NCBI GenBank assembly: GCA_964187785.1
Contig: OZ076415.1
Coordinates: 65,348,001-65,412,000, forward strand
Source of the DNA: Amphiscolops sp. MND2022
Lineage: Eukaryota
Reading direction: 5' to 3'
DNA: 64,000 nt
The position numbers were made by a program, and so were the translations under genes. Of the stretch, positions 29,115-42,169 are shown piece after piece. The notes below the pieces were generated by a model. It saw only the letters and a list, made by a program, of their open reading frames with translations. It searched no databases and was not told the DNA's origin. Positions within the stretch are counted from its first letter, which is position 1; every line of letters starts with the position of its first letter.

Positions 29115-30163
29115 TTATGAATATAATGAATATTTTTTTCATGAATCAATTATGAATATTTTGGTACTATTGTATATAGTATTTTGTCGTAGTATGAGTC
29201 GTAGTGTAATACGTGTAATAAAAGTATTGCACATGACGAAGTTTTGTTTTCCTGTGAGGTATTGACCGATGCCCTTCTTGTAAAGTACCGCAGGCTGCAA
29301 CAAACCTCCGAAGACATCTCAGGAGCTGTGGACAACAGATGGGAACCCCGTCGGGTTGACTACCATAAGAAGAAGAAGTATTGACCGCTGTAGAAGAACT
29401 GCTTAGTTTGAAAGCTTAGTTGTCAAACGGTGAGGTATTGACCGCTGTAGAAGAACTGCTTAGATTCAAACCTTTTTAAAAATTGCAGAAAAGCAATAGT
29501 TAGTAATATAATTGTCTTCGGAAACAAATTGGCCATCCCAGTTAACAGTCACTAAACTTCCTTGTGGCTTCACAAGATTGAGGAACATCAAGTTATCTAA
29601 AAGAGATTCCCACTTTAGCAAGAGTTTAGATATCTATTTCAAAATAAACTACTGAAAATCCATCCGAGTTTAATTTTGCACATGCATATTCCGCGAAAAG
29701 TGTCGACAAATGAAAAACGAACAAGAATGCTCAGCTGAGCTGAAATGTGGTAGTGACTAACCTAACTCATACTGCTACTACTCTATTAACTCTATCTCTT
29801 GAGTTGATGATCAGAACTGTGTTGTGGCGTGTTGTGTTGTGATATGTATGTGAACATTAGATCACCACCCCATTGCCCTAGTTCGAACCAACTAACACTG
29901 ATTCAACTCAGTTGTGAAGTTGTGTGCGTAAGGTGTATGTGTGGTTTGAATCGATGTTGTGTATTTAGTTTTGTTAGACGGAGTGCGATATCGCTTGTAC
30001 CTGTTAAACGCGAAATTTCGTCGGATTATGCTTTTCTTTAGATCTTTGTCAAACCAAGGTTTATTTGATTTTGTAAGTTTTATTTTTTCTTTGAAAGTAA
30101 AAACGTTGACGGCTGTTGTGAGTGCATCAGCCAGACTTTCAGTTGATGTGTATGTCTTTTAGA

Positions 30164-31467
30164 GTTTGACAGGTCACCAAAAAAACTACACTTTTAATAC
30201 CAAAATTCGCTATGTTTGAGTAAGTTTTTCACTCGGGAAGCTTGAAATTGCCTAAAACACTACTGTTGGGCCTATTTATACTCGGCTATAGCCAAAAATT
30301 TGATCCCTATACGTTTTAAATGTGATGTGTACGTCTTTTTACACTTGCGATAAGCAAGTGTTATGGGAAAGTGCAAGTTTTTTTCCGCGCGACAACTCTC
30401 TCATTTCAGACCGCATGTCACATAATTCAGACTTTTTTGGTCTAGCGGTAAGATGCTTGCTTTTCAACCCAGAGGGTCCGGGTTCGAACCCGTGCCTATG
30501 CGCTAATTTTTTAACATTTTTTTAAGCAGAAGATTCTCACTTTTTTCGACAAAAAGACTGGGGAGTCTCCCCCCCTTTTCGGCTTTTTGAGACTTATTTT
30601 CGAAAATTTTTAAATGTCCCCAGAGGTTCCTCCCTTCAATTTTTTTGTTTATGTGCAACAGAACGATGATGTTAAAAATTTTCAATTTTTTGTTTTTTTG
30701 AAAATTTTTCAAAGTCTCCAAAGGGTCCCCCTTTAATTTTTTTTTCAAATTTCGCAAAAGAATGGATGTTTAAAAATCTCAAAGAGCCCCCTTTTACAGT
30801 TTTCGGCATTGTGAGATTTTTGAAAATGAATAACTTTTGTCTTAAATGTAGGTTTTCTCAGGCCCAGCACTCTATATCCGATTTTTGTTTTTTGTAAAGA
30901 CCGGTGTTTTTTCTTTTTGTCTAATTTGTTTCCATCAAAGTTCCCCTCAATTTTTACTAGAAACGAAACGTTTTGCGAGCATAAAGGACTGTTCAAGGTT
31001 TTCGGCACTATGCGACTTACCGGAGACCAAAAATTTTTTTCGAAAAATTTCGAAAAAAATTTCCTCAATTTTCTAATTTTTGAAAGGTATTCGGTTGAAA
31101 ATGATGGGTTTTTTGCTGTTTCCAGTTGGGGAGGAATGGTTTTCGAGATTTATGCGTATCCCCGTGGTTTTTTTGGCGCTGTAAAATTGTAACAATGTCC
31201 TTTTACCCTTGGTTCTCCGTATGATATTGCTTATTTGGTTTTCTTCAAAAGTTCCCAACTTTTTTGCAAGTGTTTGCGAAGCACGGCTTCGCCTCTGTGT
31301 CGAGTTTGACAGATTACCAAAAAAACTACTTTTAGTACTCGCTATGTTTGAGTTAGTTTTTCACTCGGAAAGCTTGAAAATGCCTACAACGTTACTGTTG
31401 GGTCTAGTCATACTCCGTTTTAGCCAAAAATTTGAGCCCTATACGTTTTTAAGATGATGTGTACGTA
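30164..31467. repeat. Diverged ~165-bp direct repeats (30164-30334 and 31304-31467) flanking an AT-rich interspersed repeat
   Basis: Shared blocks GTTTGAC, CGCTATGTTTGAG, AGCCAAAAATTTGA and GATGTGTACGT. Confidence 0.75.
30438..30500 (+). pseudogene. tRNA-Glu(TTC)-derived sequence (SINE head or tRNA pseudogene)
   Basis: A-box TGGTCTAGCGG, TT-TTC-AA anticodon loop and B-box GGTTCGAACC. The anticodon and acceptor stems do not pair. Confidence 0.6.
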
Positions 31468-31511
31468 TTTTCGTGTTTGACGGATTACCAAATTTGCACT
31501 TTTAGTACACA

Positions 31512-31816
31512 GATGTGCCATATGTACCGTTTTCAACCATATAACGACTTTCGGTCCGTTGATCTCAGTATTTCAGAAATGGTACCCAAAAAACAGGTTT
31601 TGTAGGTATATTTCAGTTTTGATCGTTTTCTCGTCGTCGAAATGTTGTGCATTTAGTCTCACTGGGCCACACAAGTCCCGTGATGTGCCATATGTACCCT
31701 TTTCAAGCATATAAGTACTTTCGGTCCGATGATTTTAGTTGTAAAGGAATGGTTCTAAAAAAACAGTTTTTTTAGTCAATTTTCAGTTTAGATCGTCTTC
31801 TCATCGTCGAAATGTT
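31512..31816. repeat. Diverged tandem duplication, 170-bp period
   Basis: GATGTGCCATATGTACC...CGTCGAAATGTT at 31512-31646 and 31682-31816. Confidence 0.8.
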
Positions 31817-32066
31817 TAACGTTTCTGTACCTCCTTTCTCACATGCACTTTCAGCTTTCTCTCGGTTTGTATGTTCTGTTCATTCAGTTGCAATTGGTGG
31901 TCCGCTGATTGTGGGCAGTCTTCCATTGTGATGCATCTTCATTGGTTGTTCTTGACTGTTCCTGATTCTTTCGGCAAATCGGGACCTATAATGTCTTGCG
32001 TCAGCTTGACTCAACTGGTCCCAAGATCAAATTCTAGACTACTTGACTTGAATTACTTGCCAATCT

Positions 32067-32294
32067 NNNNNNNNNNNNNNNNNNNNNNNNNNNNNNNNNN
32101 NNNNNNNNNNNNNNNNNNNNNNNNNNNNNNNNNNNNNNNNNNNNNNNNNNNNNNNNNNNNNNNNNNNNNNNNNNNNNNNNNNNNNNNNNNNNNNNNNNNN
32201 NNNNNNNNNNNNNNNNNNNNNNNNNNNNNNNNNNNNNNNNNNNNNNNNNNNNNNNNNNNNNNNNNNNNNNNNNNNNNNNNNNNNNNNNNNNNNN
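32067..32294. other. Assembly gap (228 N)
   Basis: Run of N. Confidence 1.
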
Positions 32295-32295
32295 T

Positions 32296-32619
32296 CCAGG
32301 TAACATCCAGCATTCAGACTCAGAGTCGTCTTACGAACCAAGCTCCGACGAAGAAGAGCCTGAACGATTAATTTCAACTTCATGTAAAGATCACAAGAAG
32401 TACCTCAAAACTCTGAACACTTGGCGAGACGGGAACCCAAGCAAAGCTGTTTTGGATGCAATCAAAGTTTTTGAAAACATTCAGTTCAGATTGACCAAGA
32501 AAGAAGTTGAACGCGAATTAGCGAAGACCAAAGTCAAGTTGACCCACGCAGAGCTAACGAGAGTGCTCAATAAAGTGAAATGGGCAGGGAATCAACACCT
32601 GCCCAAAAAAGACCTATGA
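32296..32619 (+). CDS. 3' end of an unknown ORF cut by the gap (107 aa, not in the ORF track)
   Basis: Open frame PGNIQHSDSESSYEPSSDEEEP...NKVKWAGNQHLPKKDL* runs from the gap edge. Confidence 0.5.
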   Translation, partial: PGNIQHSDSESSYEPSSDEEEPERLISTSCKDHKKYLKTLNTWRDGNPSKAVLDAIKVFENIQFRLTKKEVERELAKTKVKLTHAELTRVLNKVKWAGNQHLPKKDL

Positions 32620-35198
32620 TTATCACCCAAGGTATCTCGAACAAATGTGAATCATTCTGCTTGAAACAGTTGATTTCTTTTTTCTGTTCTGATGAAAGTA
32701 GTTCTCGCTATACTCCGTCTTCCAGAATTCGCAGTGGAAACGTATCTGTCAACTAATGAGGACGATAACATGGAGTGACTTCCAACAACCCCAGGATCTT
32801 CAAGCGGGTCCTATTGAACTACACCACACCATTGGTGCAAAAACTACTGGATACCCCACCATCCGTAGCTCCTCTACTAACGTCTATCTCGCCGATCAAG
32901 TTAGTTCTAATCGCCAATCAGTTTTCATCTTTGTGTTGTGATCTTTTTCCCAAAATGGATATTTATCGAAGTCCAATAACTCAGTGGCTTCTTTATATCT
33001 GATCAAGATTTTCAGAATATTCCATTGAGTGCTGTTTTAGCATTTGAACCACTACAACTCTTTCTGCTCACCCTGTGTGATGGGAGGTCAGTTTCGAGGT
33101 GCATCCTCATGCCCGCTCACCCAGTATGTTGCAATCAGCCCGCTCACCATTTGATCTGCGAGGTCACCCTGTATACTGGGAGGTCAGTTTTGTGGGGCCT
33201 GCAGAGGCGGCAAACTTGGATCTTTCCGCCATGAACGTGTCACCAACCCCAGCGAGCAGATCAATATCTGCTACGACAACCCCCACTGGTTCCACGCCGC
33301 TCCGCAACATCATGCTGCTTCAGATCGCGTTCGCTCATCAATGCAGTCATTCAAACAAAAATATCTGTTGGTGAAAAATGAAACTGTCGAAGTTTGGTGT
33401 TCATTGATTGCTCTTGTTAAATTGAAAGTCGCATCTTTGCGTTGTAATTTTGCTGACTGTTTTGCTTCATATTTGTTTTTCTGCTTGCCTTATTATCATT
33501 TGTCACTTCATCTTTTAAAGATGGTTCCTTTGCTGCTCCTTTGTTGCTCTTGTTCATCAACTGCTTTTCCATCCAGCCAACTTTGATTTTGACTGCCCTT
33601 CATTTTCAGTCATTGGCTGGCCTGAGCTTGTTTTATTTTCATTCGCAAACTGTTTTGCTTAGCCTTAGATAATGATTGCTATTAATCTTTTTGCCATCAC
33701 CTCAACTGGTGCATTTAACTAACAGGAGAAAAAACTTTTGCAACGATCAGTTCTTTTTACTGTAGTAAACTTGTTTCAATCATGGGAATTGAGGCTCTTT
33801 TCTGTTTTTCTCCACCACCGATTTTTTCTGATAATAATTAAAGTGGTGTACAGTTTATAATCGATACAACACTCTTGTTTTGAGTCTCAATCATCAGTGA
33901 ATACGAACATGATATCAGTCAAAATGAGAGAATGTTGTTTCGTTTAAATAGAAAAAATATTCTAATAAACGTTACCCCTCATGAAAGGTTTCACTTTTAA
34001 TAGGCTAGTCTGGAAGTTCCAAACGTTAGAAAAGTCTTGTGGTGCGAAGAAAAAACAGAAAAGGGCCGCGATTGATTGCATAACATAGCGTTAATATTAG
34101 AGAAAAGTGTTTGCCAGTAAAACGCCAGAAGTGCTTTCTGCCCCAGCATAGCGCCAGTTGTAGTTGTAGTCATTTTCGTTTTAAAACTTAGTTGAAAATT
34201 GTCAGCAATGCTGTTTTTGTGTTCCAAAGAACATTCATTGGATGATCCCCGGAGAACCGTATTTTGATTTTCCGCGTTGTTTTTGATGTAAAACTTGTTG
34301 ATTTGAAAAAAACGGTATAACGCCAGATTTGGCATCCAGCAAAACGCCAGTAAGTAGTTGTAGTAGTAGTAGTAGTAGTATTGTTTGGTATAGTTTGTGT
34401 AGTTTGTATGAATTGTTTTAGGGAACTTTTTTCAAATTTTTTATCTTGTATATAGTATTTGTATATAGTGTTTGTGTATAGTAGTTTTATTAATTATTTC
34501 AAATGTATAAAGTGCAGATTAACTGTAATATGTTGTGTATAGTGTAAAATTTGTAATTTTTAAAAGGGCCGTTTCAAGTTGTTAATTTATTTGATGTCTT
34601 CCCCATGTTGGTTACGTTTTCGTCCGCACAATTTGGCCCCCCTCCTCCACTTTGATGGCTGCTCGACCAGGAAAGGCATTGCTTTTGCAATGTTTCATTC
34701 ATCTCTGTCTTTTGACTCAGGTTTTTTTGGGTTCTTCAAGGCGAGGAAGTTACCTGTCTACTCCAGAAGTACGTTGAGTTTGAATTCAGTGCTGACCAGT
34801 TTTACTTAACATTTATATACTGAAATTTGTTATATGCTCTTTGAAAATGTAACACTTGGAAATGTAAACGTTTTTGTTCTGTTATGTTACTTTTTATTCT
34901 TTATGTTAGGTTATTTTCTGTTCCAATCCTATAAACCCTAATAATTCATTTTACTTTAATTTAAAAACCTTAAACTGTATCTTAATTTTTTAAATCAGAA
35001 ATGGAAAATGTCTAGTGAAACTGTGATTGGCAGGTCATATTGTTAAGCCAGTGTTCCATCCCAGCTCAGGTAATTTGTTTTCAACCAGAGCATAAGTTTA
35101 GTGCATTGTTACAGATGGACGTCATTTCACGGAAATTCACATCGAGGAAGGTTAGAACTTTTTCAAAAAAATAAGTTGAACCCCGCGCACTGTGGCAG

Positions 35199-35845
35199 CT
35201 GAACGAACAGATCACTTCATTGATGAACCAACCCAGTGGTTTCTGGACCGCTGCCCAGGCGAGGTGGACAACATCACTCCTTGGTTTCAGTCACAGATTT
35301 CTTCGCAGAGGTGGCCGAACTTGGTGGTTAAAGTACGACTTCAAAAACGGTCTTTTTAAATTTTCGAACTGATGAAAAACTTCAATCATTCAAAACATCG
35401 AGATTGTTGATCGTTCTTTTTTCGCTCGAAAATGTCTGATTCTACCTAGTCAAGTTTGCTTACAGGCTTCTACAATTCCCAATGTCGGTGCTGGGCTCTT
35501 CGTCAGATGGCAGGCGTACAAGAAGAACAGTGCAGTCATAGATTACCATGGCAAGTACGTCCGCCAGAGCTCAGTCCGTCCGAGAAGCGGTGCGGACGAA
35601 ACGTACCACATGGAGCTACCCCCTACGTGCAGTATTGTTTTATGTAGATGCGAGCAATAAATGTTATCGTCCGTCATCAAATATTACCTAAAGGTCGTTA
35701 TATAAACCACTCGCACACACTAATCTATTTCCTGTTTCCTGTCTTCTTTCCCTGTAATTGTCATTTTTGCCTCTCGATATGTAAAAAAAGGGGGAAGGAA
35801 CTCTTCTTTCCGTACTCCTCCCACCACGATTTTGGTGCTACTTGA
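35199..35845 (+). pseudogene. SET-domain gene exons (first unit)
   Basis: Exon 35199-35332 (..WPNLVVK), a GT..AG phase-0 intron, then an exon from 35466: ASTIPNVGAGLFV, VIDYHG, YVDAS, GRYINHS and ELFFPY; frameshifted. Confidence 0.8.
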
Positions 35846-38800
35846 TTGTTTGTAAATATTAGAAAAGCAAAGAATAATAACAGCGTAAAAAAATGTATAG
35901 TATAGTAGTAGTAGTAGTAAAGCATTGGTAGAAAGTAATTGCGCTAAACAATGTATAGTATAGTAGAGTATAGTTTAGTAGTAGCAGTAGTATTGTTTGG
36001 TATAGTTTGTGTAGTTTGTATAAATTGTTTTAGGGAACTTTTTTCAAAGTTGTTTTCAATTTGTATATAGTATTTGTATATAGTGTTTGTGTATAGTAGT
36101 TTTATTAATTATTTCAAATGTATAAAGTGCAGATTAACTGTAATATGTTCTGTATAGTGTAAAGATTTAATTTCTTCAAAGGGCCGTTTCAAGTTGTTAA
36201 TTTATTTGATGTCTTCCCCATGTTGGTTACGTTTTCGTCCGCCCAATTTGGCCCCCCTCCTCCACTTTGATGGCTGCTCGACAAGGAAAGGCATTGCTTT
36301 TGCATTGTTTCATTCATCTCTGTCTTTTGACTCAGGTTTTTTTGGGTTCTTCAAGGCGAGGAAGTTACCTGTCTACTCCAGAAGTACTTCGAGTTTCAAT
36401 TCAGTGCTGACCAGTTTTACTTAACATTTATGTACTGAAATTTGTTATATGCTCTTTGGAAATGTAACACTTGGAAATGTAAACGTTTTTGTTCTGTTAT
36501 GTTACTTTTTATTCTTTATGTTAGGTTATTTTCTGTTCCAATCCTATAAACCCTAATAAATCATTTCACTTCAATTTAAAAACCTTAAACTGAATCTTAA
36601 TTTTTAAAAATCAGAAATGGAAAATGTCTAGAAAAACTGTGATTGGCAGGTCATATTGGTAAGCCAGTGTACCATCCCAGCTCAGATAATTTGTTTTCAA
36701 TCAGTGCATCAGTTTAGTGCATTATTACTGATGGACGTCATTTCACGGAAATTCACATCGAGGAATTTTAGAACTTTTTCAGGCGAGGTGGGCAAAATCA
36801 CTCCTTGGTTTCAGTCACAGATTTCTTCGCACAGGTGGCCGAACTTGGTGGTTAAAGTACGACTTCTCCAAAAACGGTCTTTTTATATTTTCGAACTGAT
36901 GAAAAACTTCAATCAATCAAAACACCGAGATTGTTAATCGTTCTTTTTTCGCTCGAAAATGTCTGAGTTTACCTAGTCAAGTTTGCTTACAGGCTTCTAC
37001 AATTCCCAATGTCGGTGCTGGGCTCTTCGTCAGATGGCAGGCGTACAAGAAGAACATTCCGGTCATAGATTACCATGGCAAGTACGTCCGCCAGAGCTCA
37101 GCCCGTCCGAGAAGCGATGTGGACGAAACGTACCACATGGAGTTACCCCCTACGTGCAGTATTTTTTTATGTAGATGCGAGCAATAAATGTTATAGCCCG
37201 TCATCAAATATTACCTAAAGGTCGTTATATAAACCACTCGCACACACTAGCTAATCTATTTCCTGTCTTCTTTCCTCTTCTTCTTTCCCTGTAGATGTCT
37301 TTTTTGCCTCTCGATCTATAAAAAAGGGGACGGAACTCTTCTTTCCGTACTCCTCCCATCAAAATTTTGGTGTTACTTGATTGTTTGTAAATATTAGAAT
37401 AGTAAAGAATGATAACAGCGTAATAATCATATGTATAGTATTGTACAGTATAGTAGTAGTAGCAAAGTATGGGTAGTAAGTAATTGCTTTAAGCATTGTA
37501 TAGAATAGTAGAGTATAGTTTAGTAGTAATATTGTTTTGTATAGTTTTTGTAGTTTGTATAAATTGTTTTAGGAAACTTTTTCAATTTTTTTAAAATTTG
37601 TATATAGTGTTTGTGTAAAGTAGTTTTAGTTATTGTTTCAAATGTATAAAGTGCAGATTAACTGTAATATGTTCTGTATAGTGTAAAAATTGTAATTTTA
37701 TTGAAGGGCCGTTTCAAGTTGTTAATTTATTTGATGTCTTTCCCATGTTGGTTACGTTTTCGTCCGCCCAATTCGGCCTCCTCATCCACTTTGATGGCTG
37801 CTCGACCAGGAAAGCCCTTGCTTTTGCAATGTTTCATTCACCTCTGTCTTTTGCCTCAAGTTTTTTTGGTCCCTTCAAGGCGAGGAAGTTACCTGTCTAC
37901 TCCAGAAGTACGTTGAGTATCAATTCAGTGCTGACCAGTTTTACTATACATTTATATAATAACATTTGTTATATGCTCTTTAGAAATGTAACACTTGGAA
38001 ATGTAAACGTTTTTGTTGTTGTAATTTTTTATTCTTTATGTTAGGTTATTTTCTGTTCCAATGTTGTTAAACCTAGTTATTCATTTTACTTTAATTCAAA
38101 AACCTTAAACTGAATCTTAATTTTTTAAAATCAGAAATGGAAAATGTCTAGGAAAACTGTGATTGGCAGGTCATATTGGTAAGCCATTGTTCCACCCCAG
38201 CTCAGATAATTTGTTTTCAACCAGTGCATCAGTTTAGTGCATTGTTACTGATGGACGTCATTTCACGGAAGTTCACATCGAGGAAGATTAGAACTTTTTC
38301 AAAAAACAAGTTGAACCCCTCGCACTGTGGCAGCTGAACGAACAGATCACTTCATTGATGAACCAACCCAGTGGTTTCTGAACCGCTGCCCAGGCGAGGT
38401 GAACAACATCACTCCTCGGTTTCAGTCACAGATTTCTTCGCAGAGGTGGCCGAACTTGGTGGTTAAAGTACGACTTCTTCAAAAACGGTCTTTTCAAATT
38501 TTCGAACTGATGAAAAACTTCAATCAATCAAAACATCGAGATTGTTGATCGTTCTTTTTTCGCTCGAAAATGTCTGATTTTACCTAGTCAAGTTTGCTTA
38601 CAGGCTTCTACAATTCCCAATGTCGGTGCTGGGCTCTTCGTCAGACGGCAGGCGTACAAGAAGAACAGTGCAGTCATAAATTACCACGGTAAGTACGTCC
38701 GCCAAAGCTCAGCCCGTCCGAGAAGCGGTGCGGACGAAACGTACCACATGGAGCTACCCCCTACGTGCAGTAATTGTTTTATATAGATGCGAGCAATAAA

Positions 38801-41800
38801 TGTTATCGTCATCAAATATTACCCAAAGGTCGTTATATAAACCACTCCCACACACTAGCTAATCTATTTCCTGTTTCCTGTCTTCTTTCCCTGAATCGTC
38901 TTTCTTGCCTCTCGATCTATAAAAAAGGGGAAGGACCTCTTCTTTCCGTACTCCTCCCATCACAATTTTGGTGCTACTTGATTGTTTGTAAATATTAGAA
39001 TAGTATAGAATGATAACAGCGTATTAATATGTATAGTATTGTATAGTATAGTAGTAGTAGCAAAGTATGGGTAGTAAGAAATTGCGTTAAGCAATGTATA
39101 GAACAGTATAGTTTAGGAGTAATATTGTTTTGTATAGTTTTGTAGTTTGTATAAATTGTTTGAGGAAACTTTTTCAGTTTTTTAAAATTTGTATATAGTG
39201 TTTGTGTATAGTAGTTTTAGTTATTGTTTCAAATGTATGAAGTGTAGATAAACTGTAATACTGTAATATGTTGTGTATAGTGTAAAATTTGTAAATTTTT
39301 GAGGGCAGTTTTAAGTTGTAAATTTATTTGATGTCTTTCCCATGTTGGTTACGTTTTCGTCCGCCCAATTCGGCCCCCTCCTCCACTTTGATGGCTACTC
39401 CACCAGGAAAGGCCTTGCTTTTGCAATGTTTCATTCACCTCTGTCTTTCGCCTCAAGTTTTTTTGGTACCTTCAAGGCGAGGAAGTTACCTGTCTACTCC
39501 AGAAGTACGTTGAGTATCAATTCAGTGCTGACCAGTTTTACTATAAATTTATATAATAACATTTGTTATATGCTCTTTGGAAATGTAACACTTGGAAATG
39601 TAAACGTTTTTGTTGTTGTTATTTTTTATTCTTTATGTTAGGTTATTTTCTGTTCCAATCTTGTTAAACCTAGTAATTCATTTTACTTTAATTCAAAAAC
39701 CTTAAACTGAATCCTAATTTTTTAAAATCAGAAATGGAAAATGTCTAGGAAAACTGTGATTGGCAGGTCATATTGGTAAGCCATTGTTCCACCCCAGCTC
39801 AGATAATTTGTTTTCAACCAGTGCATCAGTTTAGTGCATTGTTACTGATGGACGTCATTTTACGGAAGTTCACATCGAGGAAGGTTAGAACTTTTTCAAA
39901 AAACAAGTTGAACCCCTCGCACTGTGGCAGCTGAACGAACAGATCACTTCATTGATGAACCAACCCAGTGGTTTCTGGACCGCTGCCCAGGCGAGGTGAA
40001 CAACATCACTCCTCGTTTTCAGTCACAGATTTCTTCGCAGAGGTGGCCGAACTTGGTGGTTAAAGTACGTTTTCTTCAAAAACGGTCTTTTCAAATTTTC
40101 GAACTGATGAAAAACTTCAATCAATCAAAACATCGAGATTGTTGATCGTCCTTTTTTCGCTCGAAAATGTCTGATTTTACCTAGTCAAGTTTGCTGACAG
40201 GCTTCTACAATTCCCAATGTCGGTGCTGGGCTCTTCGTCAGACGGCAGGCGTACAAGAAGAACAGTGCAGTCATAAATTACCACGGTAAGTACGTCCGCC
40301 AAAGCTCAGCCCGTCCGAGAAGCGGTGCGGACGAAACGTACCACATGGAGCTACCCCCTACGTGCAGTAATTGTTTTATATAGATGCGAGCAATAAATGT
40401 TATCGTCATCAAATATTACCCAAAGGTCGTTATATAAACCACTCCCACACACTAGCTAATCTATTTCCTGTTTCCTGTCTTCTTTCCCTGAATTGTCTTT
40501 CTTGCCTCTCGATCTATAAAAAAGGGGAAGGACCTCTTCCTTCCGTACTCCTCCCATCACAATTTTGGTGCTACTTGATTGTTTACCTAGTCAAGTTTGC
40601 TTACAGGCTTCTACAATTCCCAATGTCGGTGCTGGACTCTTCGTCAGATGGCAGGCGTACAAGAAGAACAGTGCAGTCATAAATTACCATGGTAAGTATG
40701 TCCGCCAGAGCTCAGCCCGTCCGAGAAGCGGGCGAACGAAACGTACCACATGGAGCTACCCCCTACGTGCAGTAATTGTTTTATGTTGATGCGAGCAATA
40801 AATGTTATGGTCATCAAATATTACCTAAAGGTCGTTATATAAACCACTCCCACACACTAGCTAATCTATTTCCTGTTTCCTGTCTTCTTTCCCTGAATTG
40901 TCTTTCTTGCCTCTCGATCTATAAAAAAGGGGAAGGACCTCTTCTTTCCGTACTCCTCCCATCACAATTTTGGTGCTACTTGATTGTTTGTAAAGATTAG
41001 AATAGTATAGAATGATAACAGCGTATTAATAATATGTATAGTATAGTAGTAGTAGCAAAGTATGGGTAGTAAGTAATTGCGTTAAGCAATATATAGAATA
41101 GTAGAGTATAGTTTAGTAGTAATATTATTTAGTATAGTTTTTGTAGTTTGTATAAATTGTTTTAGGAAACTTTTTCAATTTTTTTAAAATTTGTATATAG
41201 TGTTTGTGTAAAGTAGTTTTAGTTTTTGTTTCAAATGTATAAAGTGCAGATTAACTGTAATATGTTCTGTATAGTGTAAAAATTGTAATTTTTTGAAGGG
41301 CCGTTTCAAGTTGTTAATTTATTTGATGTCCTTCCCATGTTGGTTACGTTTTCGTCCGCCCAATTCGGCCTCCTCATCCACTTTGATGGCTGCTCGACCA
41401 GGAAAGCCCTTGCTTTTGCAATGTTTCATTCACCTCTGTCTTTTGCCTCAAGTTTTTTTGGTCCCTTCAAGGCGAGGAAGTTACCTGTCTACTCCAGAAG
41501 TACGTTGAGTATCAATTCAGTGCTGACCAGTTTTACTATACATTTATATAATAACATTTGTTATATGCTCTTTAGAAATGTAACACTTGGAAATGTAAAC
41601 GTTTTTGTTGTTGTAATTTTTTATTCTTTATGTTAGGTTATTTTCTGTTCCAATGTTGTTAAACCTAGTAATTCATTTTACTTTAATTTAAAAACCTTAA
41701 ACTGAATCTTACTTTTTTTATCAGAAATGGAAAATGTTTAGGAAAACTGTGATTGGCAGGTCATATTGGTAAGCCAGTGTTCCATCCCAGCTCAGATAAT

Positions 41801-42169
41801 TTGTTTCCAATCAGTGCATCAGTTTAGTGCATGGTTACTGATGGACGTCATTTTACGGAAGTTCACATCGAGGAAGGTTAAAACTTTTTCAAAAAAATAA
41901 GTTGAACCCCTCGCACTGTGGCAGCTGAACGAACAGATCACTTCATTGATGAACCAACCCAGTGGTTTCTGGACCGCTGCCCAGGCGAGGTGGACAACAT
42001 CACTACTTGGTTTCAGTCACAGATTTCTTCGCAGAGGTGGCCGAACTTGGTGGTTAAATTACGACTTCAAAAACGGTCTTTTCAAATTTTCGAACTGATG
42101 AAAAACTTCAATCAATCAAAACATCGAGATTGTTGATCGTTCTTTTTTCGCTCGAAAATGTCTGATTTT

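Noticed and set aside
30438-30500. Functional tRNA-Glu gene
   Set aside because: The acceptor and anticodon stems cannot form.
31871-32383. ORFs containing X runs
   Set aside because: Artefacts of translating through the N gap.
32620-33600. Coding-like minus-strand sequence with Cys/His residues
   Set aside because: Stops occur in all frames examined and no family could be assigned.
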